From Octopus sinensis (Eukaryota), in NCBI RefSeq assembly GCF_006345805.1, contig NW_021828136.1, positions 1-8,715 on the forward strand: a stretch of 8,715 nucleotides of DNA, read 5' to 3'. The notes under the pieces were generated by a model. That model was not told the DNA's origin and did not search any database. It saw only the letters and a program-made list of their open reading frames with translations. This document shows, one piece after another, positions 1 through 7,296 of this stretch (position 1 is its first letter; every line of letters starts with the position of its first letter). Made by a program: the position numbers and the translations under genes.

Positions 1-33
1 GTAGGAGTAGTAGTTTAAGTAGTAGTAGTAGTA
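1..33. repeat. Degenerate (TAG)n microsatellite
   Basis: gtaggagtagtagtttaagtagtagtagtagta read directly. Confidence 0.8.
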
Positions 34-333
34 TCGTTATATTAGTTCTATGGTTTATGCTGGGGATAATAAAAAGAGACAGATTTAAGCGTTAACGACC
101 AAACGTTCGACGACTTACAGAAAATACTCGAAGCAAACTAAAAATAAGAAAAAGCCTTGTTGCGCAACTGTTTGAGTAAAACCAAAAACAGAAGAAAGGA
201 AATTTGTTTCGAAAATGATCGGGGTGGGGGAGGGAACCCCGCACGCACGCAAACACACAGCGCTTCCCAGCGCCTTCAAATATATAACGGGGAAAAAGTG
301 GGTTCGCTAATACCCTGAAAGCACGCAGTAATA

Positions 334-375
334 ATGGCACTACTAAATAATAATAATAATAACAACAACAACAAT

Positions 376-434
<59 letters not shown>

Positions 435-511
435 CAACAATAATAATAACAACAACAGCAACAGCAATGAAAAGGCGAATGAGATTGATGATGCTGATGG
501 GGATGATGACC

Positions 512-583
<72 letters not shown>

Positions 584-690
584 GCGATAATGATTTTTTT
601 ATTACTACAAGGGCGACAACTTTGGAAACATTACAAAGTCACGGAAGTGGGAGAACGGTTTCTAACATTAATAATACTAAGAAGAAATAA
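334..690 (+). CDS. Doubtful Asn/Asp-rich low-complexity ORF (118 aa); more likely a translated triplet-repeat field
   Basis: ATG in ataATGg context, TATATAA at 281-287 upstream, all AAT/AAC/GAT tracts in one frame. No recognisable domain, and most codons are microsatellite. Confidence 0.15.
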
Positions 691-712
691 AATGAAAACA
701 ACAGCAGCTCTA

Positions 713-756
<44 letters not shown>

Positions 757-774
757 AATAATAATAACAATAAT
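346..774. repeat. Compound trinucleotide repeat field: (AAT/AAC)n 346-463, degenerate (GAT)n ~485-510, (AAT)n 514-582, (GAT)14 715-756, (AAT/AAC)n 757-774
   Basis: Read directly. Confidence 0.95.
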
Positions 775-952
775 TTCGGTAGTTTGCTGGAGATAATTCC
801 CCGAGGTATTACTCACATCATTATGGAAATTATTATGGTTGGGAGAGATAAAAAGTGATCTAGAATAAAATAATAAGGCAATCAAGCCTAGAGCTTCATA
901 AACGATCACGTGAAACCCATTGCAATACATACGCCCACAAGGATGCACGCAA

Positions 953-990
<38 letters not shown>
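953..990. repeat. (AC)n microsatellite
   Basis: Read directly. Confidence 0.95.
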
Positions 991-993
<3 letters not shown>

Positions 994-1125
994 AATACAC
1001 ACATAGCCACCAACGCAAATACATAGTTACAGGAATTGTCAAGATATGGCCAAACCCCAAATTGCCTGCAGCAAACTCTTATGGAATGTAATAAGGGAAA
1101 AAAAGAATCCCAAACTGAAAAAAAT

Positions 1126-1823
1126 TATTATTATTTATTGTCTTTGCATAGCTTCTAACTCTGGAGATGTACTACAGTGTCAGCTTTTCGCAACCAGTGA
1201 ACTAAGGTAACACCCCTTATTTTTTGAGCACCATCCGGAGTATTCAAGCGGTTCCAAGTAGTGCTGTTTTCTGCAAGTGCTCCACCTTTATTGCAGCCCC
1301 TGTTTGTTCCATGTACTTCTGAAGATTTTTACTTACAGTTCCCACGGCTCCGACATTATTGGTACTACTACCATCTTTTTCATCGACCATGACTGCTTAA
1401 CTTCCCTAGCTAACCTGTCATATCTCTCAACTTTTCTTTCTTCCTTATCACATACTTTGTTGTCAGCTTGGCATGCTATATCTATGATCCAGCATCGTTT
1501 GCTTTCTTTCTCAATTAACACTATGTCTGGTTTCCTATTCTCTATCCCATGGTCACTCTGAATCATAAAATCCCATTGCATCTTTACATTATCAATTCCG
1601 ATGATGCCCTCAGGTTTATGTTCGTACCACTTTTTTGCTCAGTCAAGTCCATACTTGTTGCAAAATGTCCAATGGACAATCCTTGCTATATTGCCATAAC
1701 GTATCTTATATTCTTTCTGGGCTAGTGGCGTACATTGACTGGTAATATGCCGTAGTTTCACCATTTCTTCTACAAATTCTGCACTTATCAATTTTTGATG
1801 TTTTGTTTATTCTGTATTATTAT
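1126..1823 (-). mobile_element. 5'-truncated, decayed R4/Dong-like RLE non-LTR retrotransposon (3' end)
   Basis: Minus-strand translation across two frameshifts: YRINKTSKIDK-CRICRRNGETT/HITSQC (CCHC knuckle, 1783-1732), IVHWTFCNKYGLD*AKKWYEHKPEG, WDFMIQSDHGIENRKPDIVLIEKESKRCWIIDIAC (PD..D RLE core, PD at 1530-1525), /VGAVGTVSKNL...LQKTALLGTA*ILRMVLKK* (stop 1219-1217). A short 3' UTR then ends in TAA repeats. These motifs are typical of R4-clade C-termini. The 9-mer tattattat flanks both ends (1126-1134, 1815-1823). Confidence 0.92.
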
Positions 1824-2029
1824 GTATAAATATTCTTTTTATATGTTTGTTTCCTTTTCCACAATATTAAAACAACGGCCAAAATTTTTCTGAAGCAGCA
1901 GTCCCACTACTTTTATCAACGAGCCGCCATTGGGTGCGATTGATCAGGCATGTCTTGAGCATATGCCTGTAGTTGGAGAAAAGGAAAGAAATTGGCACTG
2001 CTCCAAAAGTCAGGGTACCATGGTTTTTA

Positions 2030-2345
2030 TGGGGCTTTTCTAACAGGTCGAGTGATCACGTACCGATTCTCTCGTTTGGATTGTCCTGCATATTTGCTAC
2101 TGCTGTAGTTGTCATTGTTGTTGTTTTGACGGAGCAGACCAATAAACAAAAAGCTTCCTTCCGACCATGACCATCCTGGTCTACTGTAGACCAGAGACTT
2201 ACCTTGTCCACTGTAATCTCGTTATCTAATATAACTTGCCCTTTTCTTTCTTTTTTTCAGATGATACGATGCGATTTGGAGATTTGATTGCTATTTCCAG
2301 CTTCCAATTATCCACATAGTGATGTGCTCCTATGTTGCATCTAGT
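2030..2345 (-). repeat. Highly degenerate interspersed repeat remnant(s), probably a SINE/LINE 3' part
   Basis: Minus strand reads ...gctggaaatagcaatcaaatctcc...gaaaaaaa...ggatggtcatggtcgg...ggtctgctc...aaaacaacaacaa, ending in a decayed (CAA)n-like tail at ~2100-2137. It resembles an octopus repeat consensus recalled from memory only; boundaries are approximate. Confidence 0.35.
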
Positions 2346-2591
2346 TAGTTAACTTAAGTAGAGAGAACTGGCTCGCTTCCCCTCTTTCTCCTCCCTCCCC
2401 ACGCAATTAGCCACTCCTCAAGCGCATGGTAGCTTTAACAAATGGTTTGTATTGGAAGGTTGCAGGTAACATTCATTGTTGTTCTTTGTTTAATATGTCT
2501 CATTATGGCTAATGGACTCGTATTTCTAGACAGGGGCTGAAAGACAAGCGTTCGATCACCATCATTCACAGGATAGGCACATAACGACACG

Positions 2592-2696
2592 TATATATGT
2601 GTGTGTGTGTGTGTGTTGTGTGTGTGTTTGTGCGTGTGTTTATGTCATGTATGTATGTATGTATATATTTTTATATATATATATATATATATATAC
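2592..2696. repeat. Compound (TG)n/(ATGT)n/(TA)n microsatellite
   Basis: Read directly. Confidence 0.9.
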
Positions 2697-3232
2697 TACA
2701 TACAGGTTCTATAATATTGAAGACACGCATCTGCTCCAGTTTAATTTTTCCCCTATTCCTTATAAATAATTAATAATTCGTGATATTTTCGGTCTAATTG
2801 TTCTAAATGAAGCGGGTTGGTAGTCTTGTTCTTACCCATGCATTTTGCACAGCGATCATTGAAAAGTTACCGAGGTGCAAAATTCTGATCTCAATAATCA
2901 TTGTAGCACATGGCTACAAGAGTAGCTGGTTCAGTGTTAAGTTTGAAAGCTGAATTTCACAGAAATAGACAGAACAACGTACCTAAATAAAAGATTACGA
3001 CCACGAGGCTGTCAAAATCGGTAGCATAGCTTGTGGTTGTAATGAAGCGGTTCATTCCGAGAGGGACTTTTATGGGTCGGCACTTGTGGGTTTTGTGTAT
3101 ACGCATCGGGCGGCACACTCTCTATCTACGCCACTGAACAAAATATTAAAACTTTCAAGAAATTTAATATTTAATGAGGTCAATATATTCAATGCCATCG
3201 ATACCTGCACCCATCTGTAAATACATACATAC

Positions 3233-3420
3233 CTTGAGAAATTAGGCTTCTCAAAAGCAGAAAGTAGAGCGCTAGTTCGAAGACTACAGATCCAATCCAT
3301 CACTGGAACTGTAAAAATCTGTAAAACTTTCCAGAAGTTTATCATTTAAATATATATGAGCATGTCTAGATATGTAACTATATGCATGAGAATGCATACA
3401 TAAAACATACAAATCTGCAC
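3233..3420 (+). mobile_element. Extreme 3' remnant (copy A) of an RLE-type non-LTR retrotransposon: C-terminal codons plus 3' UTR
   Basis: 3233-3349 reads LEKLGFSKAESRALVRRLQIQSITGTVKICKTFQKFII*, then ~70 nt of UTR and (ATAC)n. 24/36 residues are identical to copy B. LQ..S..GT aligns with the LQK..LLGT terminus of the R4-like elements in this window. Confidence 0.7.
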
Positions 3421-3511
3421 ATACATACATACATACATACATACATACATACATACATACATACATACATACATACATACGTACATACATACGTACGTAC
3501 GTACGTACGTA
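3421..3511. repeat. (ATAC)n tract switching to palindromic (GTAC)n
   Basis: 15 perfect ATAC units (3421-3480), then GTAC, ATAC x2, GTAC x4, GTA. Confidence 0.95.
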
Positions 3512-3655
3512 GGTTTTGTTAGTAAATGCTTAAAGGAGATTCTGGATAAACTGGGATTTTCAGAAAAAGAAACTGACCGGTTGATTCGTACATTACAAAT
3601 GCAATCTGTGAGTGGAACAGTAAAAATATGCAAGACTTTTCTCAAGTTCCAAATG
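3509..3655 (+). mobile_element. Second RLE-type C-terminal remnant (copy B), a diverged relative of copy A, lacking its own 3' UTR
   Basis: Reads VGFVSKCLKEILDKLGFSEKETDRLIRTLQMQSVSGTVKICKTFLKFQM. VGxVSKxL...G aligns with VGTVSKNL...G of the 1126-1823 element. Confidence 0.7.
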
Positions 3656-3720
3656 GGATGGACAAACACAGATACACAAATACATACATACAACACACAC
3701 ACAACATACATAATATATAT

Positions 3721-3753
<33 letters not shown>

Positions 3754-3765
3754 ATATATATATAT

Positions 3766-3799
<34 letters not shown>

Positions 3800-3951
3800 A
3801 TATATATACGACGGGCTTCCTTCAGTTCCCGTCACCAAATCCATTCACAAGGCTTTAGTTACTCTCACTTGCCCAGAGTACCACACAGTGGGATTGCACC
3901 CGGAACCATGTGGCTGGAAAGCAATCATCTTACCACATAACCACGCCTGCG
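3655..3951 (-). mobile_element. tRNA-derived, CORE-like SINE, 3'-deleted, with internal (TA)n/(CA)n tract
   Basis: Head at 3951 (minus: gcaggcgtggttatgtggtaag, A-box-like; gggtgcaatccc, B-box/T-arm-like, 3901-3890). 3808-3951 aligns with 6389-6534. ggacaaacacagatacacaaa (3660-3680) matches ggacaaacacagacacacaaa of the 6146-6534 copy at 20/21. Confidence 0.85.
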
Positions 3952-4299
3952 TCTATATATATAAACATACAAACTTATATAAATTCAGTTTTATATAAGA
4001 CTATTATGACTTGCAAGATTATTAAAGTATTGAAAATATTAGTGTCTATTCTCAGTATAAATATATTTAAAGAAACACAAATGCTAATAAAACGTCTGTG
4101 TTGTATGTATTCATTATCAAAGTGTTATTATATTAAAATCTTACATTCAAACATTAAATAGATTTGTTTTCTTATTAACTTACGTTTGTTAGTGTCAATA
4201 TTATGTACATTTACTGTATAACATTTGAGTGTATACACGTTTGTATTTTGTGTAAGGATCTATATATGTGCATGTACGATGTATGTATATAAATGCAGA

Positions 4300-4332
4300 T
4301 GCAGATATACATGCATATATGCAGACATACAC

Positions 4333-4368
<36 letters not shown>

Positions 4369-4440
4369 TACATTTGACGGATGTATGCATATATATATAT
4401 AGGGAGAAAAGAGAGAAAGAGAGAGGGAGAGAGAGTAGTA
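4300..4440. repeat. Compound (CA)n/(TA)n/(GA)n microsatellites
   Basis: Read directly. Confidence 0.85.
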
Positions 4441-4619
4441 TGTGTGTATGAGCGTATACCTGTGTCTGTGTATATAAACTTATAAATCCTCTCTAATACA
4501 ATCTTTAGTATGATTTTGTCTCAATGAAGCTAAGATGAATTTACAAAAGAATTAAGTATTGTTGCCTTGAGTTTTCATCTAATATTTCATTTCGCCAAAT
4601 ATAACATAATTGTAGTTGT

Positions 4620-4680
4620 ACACACACACACACACAACACACACACACACACATCTATATATATATATATATTATATATA
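4620..4680. repeat. (CA)n then (TA)n microsatellite
   Basis: Read directly. Confidence 0.9.
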
Positions 4681-4684
4681 TTCA

Positions 4685-4878
4685 ATATGTGACCGCGTGT
4701 GTATCGTTGGCGATTTTCTTTCTCCATCTTCCCTTCCCTTTTTCTATGTTTCTGACGAAGAGCTCCGCTCGAGACGTTAAATCTTTCTTCTTTCTTTCCT
4801 TTCCTGAGCGTCCAATAACACTATACGTGTTCCACGTCCTCGCGTTGTTGTTTCCTCTTTGTTCATGTTTGGATTAAT

Positions 4879-4880
<2 letters not shown>
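4685..4880 (+). mobile_element. Probable Penelope-like element (PLE) terminal-repeat fragment
   Basis: ~200 nt pyrimidine-rich island between two (TA)n tracts, containing the ctgacgaag...gagacgtt signature of PLE-associated minimal hammerheads. No PLE coding sequence is present, so the family call rests on the ribozyme motif and recalled similarity to an octopus repeat. Confidence 0.55.
4748..4782 (+). ncRNA. Minimal type I hammerhead ribozyme motif, probably inactivated
   Basis: Stem I GUUU(4748-4751)/AAAU(4779-4782); core CUGACGA 4752-4758; extra A; stem II GAGC-ucc-GCUC 4760-4770; GAGA instead of GAAA at 4771-4774; palindromic ACGU in place of helix III; predicted GUU cleavage triplet 4776-4778. 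Confidence 0.6.

Positions 4881-4932
<52 letters not shown>
4878..4932. repeat. (TA)n then (TG)n microsatellite
   Basis: Read directly. Confidence 0.95.
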
Positions 4933-4942
4933 TGTACTCGAC

Positions 4943-5040
4943 GGACCAAGTCCCAAGGCGCGGTACCCTAAACAAGTGCCTGCTGCTATTGCAGCTGGCT
5001 GTCCAGTGTCACATGAGTGAATTTTGTAGGCAGAAAATGA
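4943..5040 (+). mobile_element. Old sense-strand fragment of the same SINE family (B-box remnant plus CORE-like region)
   Basis: 4958-5040 aligns without gaps to the reverse complement of the 6146-6534 copy at 54/83 nt. Confidence 0.7.
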
Positions 5041-5236
5041 TCTTCTGCTTGTGCTAAGACGAAGAAAATTAATCAGCTGCTGAATATGGAATCTGTTAAA
5101 AAATAAGTTGAAGAACGAAAGCGCTTACACATAATATAGGCACTATACAAAAACTTCTCCCTCAGAGGTCTGTGACAGGCTGTTCTCTAATTAGTTATTT
5201 AAATAGTTACTAACGACTTTTTTAAATATGTATTAT

Positions 5237-5279
5237 ACAACGGGCTTCCATGCAGTTTCCGCCTACAAAATCCACTCGC
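5237..5279 (-). mobile_element. Short fragment of the same SINE family
   Basis: acaacgggcttccatgcagtttccgcctacaaaatccactcgc aligns with acgacgagcttctttcagtttccgtctagcaaatccactcac (6389-6430). Confidence 0.75.
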
Positions 5280-5369
5280 GTAGTATTGCCGTGCAAGCTT
5301 ATACGCATATACATAGATGCTGATATATAGATATATAGACATGTACGCGCGTGTGCATGTGTGTGAGTA

Positions 5370-5472
5370 TACATATACACACACCACACACACACACACA
5401 CAGCCACATATCCATATATATATATATATTATATATATATATATATATATATCTATATATATATATATATAT
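5370..5472. repeat. Compound (CA)n/(TA)n microsatellite
   Basis: Read directly. Confidence 0.9.
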
Positions 5473-5482
5473 TCTATGAACT

Positions 5483-5645
5483 ATGATATTACAACCAGCC
5501 AGGCAAAGTCTTCGCTTCACTTGCGGCACCTGCCAGAGGGAGTGTTTGTCCAGGATAGGACTACACAGCCACAGCAGGAGATGTATTAGGACATGAAATG
5601 TAAAGGCCGGACTAGATTATTTCATGCGCTGCTGCCACAACAATA
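5483..5645 (+). mobile_element. 3' end of an RTE-clade LINE (terminal zinc finger plus short 3' UTR)
   Basis: 5516-5596 reads FTCGTCQRECLSRIGLHSHSRRCIRT*, matching the FxCxxCxRxCxSRIGLxSHxRxC motif that ends RTE-clade ORFs. It is followed by ~45 nt ending ccacaacaa. Not shown in the ORF track (too short). Confidence 0.8.
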
Positions 5646-5651
5646 CACAAA

Positions 5652-5713
<62 letters not shown>

Positions 5714-5743
5714 TACACACACACACCACACACACACACACAC

Positions 5744-5810
<67 letters not shown>

Positions 5811-5860
5811 GTATGTATTATGTATGTATGTATGTATGTATGCATGTACGTATGTATGTA
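5652..5860. repeat. Compound (CA)n/(TA)n/(ATGT)n microsatellite
   Basis: Read directly. Confidence 0.95.
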
Positions 5861-6082
5861 TTTCAGTGCGAATGGTTTTTTTTTATACGGCGCCATTTTT
5901 ACAATCCTGTAAATAATAATAATGGTATTTTTATATAAGCTTAAAGCTTATGGCGATCACCGTGCAATGACTCAGAGAAATAGTCTAATAAAGGGGCATA
6001 TAAGCCGCAACAGAAAAAAAAGGCTTTCCTATCCGTGGGACTCGAAACTACATTCTTTTGTTAACGTGACTAAGTGTGTTAC

Positions 6083-6085
<3 letters not shown>

Positions 6086-6137
<52 letters not shown>
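6086..6137. repeat. (TA)n microsatellite
   Basis: Read directly. Confidence 0.95.
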
Positions 6138-6138
<1 letters not shown>

Positions 6139-6145
6139 TTTTTAA

Positions 6146-6342
6146 TTAGTTTCAGTCATTTGACTGCGGCCATGATGGATCACCGCCATTAGTCGAATAA
6201 ATCGACGCCAAGACTTATTCTTTGTAAACCTAGTACTTAGCCTATCGGCCTGTTTATCGAACCACTAAGTTGCGGGGACGTAAACACACCAGCATCGGTT
6301 GTCAAGCGATGGTGGGGGGACAAACACAGACACACAAACATA

Positions 6343-6386
<44 letters not shown>

Positions 6387-6534
6387 GTACGACGAGCTTC
6401 TTTCAGTTTCCGTCTAGCAAATCCACTCACAAGACTTTTGTCGGCCCGAGGCTATAGTAGAAGACACCTGCCCAAGGTGTCACGCGGAACGATGTGGTTG
6501 TTAAGCAAGCTATTTACCACACAGCCACTCCTGC
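6146..6534 (-). mobile_element. Near-full-length tRNA-derived, CORE-like SINE with internal (CA)n tract; B-box deleted
   Basis: Minus strand: gcaggagtggctgtgtggtaa (A-box-like head), gacaccttgggcaggtgtc (resembles the start of the CORE domain, gaccttgggcaagtc), internal microsatellite 6341-6385, tail ending catggccgcagtcaaatgactgaaacta. Three other homologous pieces lie in the window. Octopus OR1/OR2-type CORE-SINEs are candidate relatives (not verified). Confidence 0.88.
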
Positions 6535-6538
6535 ATAA

Positions 6539-6586
6539 TACACACACACACACACACACACTTATACATATATATATATATATATC
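6539..6586. repeat. (CA)n then (TA)n microsatellite
   Basis: Read directly. Confidence 0.9.
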
Positions 6587-6761
6587 CCCGAGGCTAATTA
6601 CAATCAATTGGGCATACTATTGACAATGCCCCTCCTTTGTATTTGCATACGTCGTCACTCGTAAGTGTCAAAAATGGTGCCGTGTTGTCTCGCTCTCTCC
6701 TCTCTCTTGTCTCTGTCCACTACACGTAACGTCTTTCCAAACAATTTCGGCCCACCAACCC

Positions 6762-7160
6762 ATATATATACATATATATATATATATATATCTTTGCTAT
6801 TTGTCTCTACAAAGCCCTTTGTCAAATATCTCCCCTCTCCCTCTCTACTCGTTGCTTTTCTTTCTTTAATTCACTGTTGCTCTCTCTCCCTCACTCACTC
6901 TCACTTTCCCATATACATACACCCCCTCCCCCTATACATATACGTACAAATATACACACATATGTGTGTGTATGTATATGTTTGTATATGTGTGTGTCTA
7001 TGTATGTATTATTATGCGTGCGTATTATATCGTATAATTCGTTTCAATACTTTATTGTTAACCATTTGCATTCCTGATTCCTTTCAATCTCATTTTCTCC
7101 CCACCCCCTCTCTCTCTCACTCACTCTCTCTATGATTCACTCTCTCTCCCTCATTCCCTC
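6762..7160. repeat. Low-complexity zone: (TA)n, CT-rich and (TG)/(ATGT)-like degenerate repeats
   Basis: Read directly; mixed with short unique stretches. Confidence 0.6.
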
Positions 7161-7296
7161 TATCTGTCTATCTCACAATAATAGCTGCCTCGTTATTTCG
7201 CCTTTACATGGTTATTGTCCTTATTATCATTATTCATATTACTGTTATTCAAGTAATTATTCAAAATTCGCTGTGTGTGTGACAAAATTCGAAAGC

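Noticed and set aside
221-240. G-rich tract ggggtgggggagggaacccc as a G-quadruplex
   Set aside because: Only three runs of three or more G, and the adjacent C run would compete.
276-1002. Poly-Leu, poly-Ile/Met and VC-repeat ORFs (276-467, 467-796, 631-1002) that resemble signal or transmembrane peptides
   Set aside because: Alternate-frame and antisense readings of the AAT/GAT/AC microsatellites.
2176-2194. 9-bp inverted repeat ctggtctac-t-gtagaccag; similar short hairpins at 1945-1969, 2842-2883 and 3041-3056
   Set aside because: Stems of 6-9 bp are expected by chance in 8.7 kb, and there is no supporting context.
2224-2260. Textbook plus-strand branch point, polypyrimidine tract and CAG acceptor
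   Set aside because: It coincides with the A-rich linker of the putative minus-strand repeat, and all three downstream frames stop within 20 codons.
2411-2465. Possible 55-nt plus-strand exon (ttag|...cag|gtaac)
   Set aside because: Two frames are open but neither peptide is recognisable, and there are no partner exons; such signals are frequent by chance.
2806-3050. 10-bp direct repeat aatgaagcgg (2806-2815, 3041-3050)
   Set aside because: Many 10-mer matches are expected by chance in a window this size; nothing element-like lies between them.
3070-3858. ORFs 3070-3345, 3284-3490, 3346-3711 and 3628-3858
   Set aside because: Antisense or off-frame shadows of the RLE remnants and microsatellites; the meaningful frame is plus-strand 3233-3349 and 3509-3655.
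3890-3951. tRNA-like A/B boxes
   Set aside because: SINE head, not a tRNA gene: no full cloverleaf, and it is continuous with SINE body sequence.
5890-6682. Transcription-factor-like motifs: YY1-like gcgccatttt (5890-5899), octamer ATTTGCAT (6641-6648); also E-box tcacgtga at 906-913
   Set aside because: Isolated 8-10-mers at roughly chance frequency, with no linked gene or conservation data.
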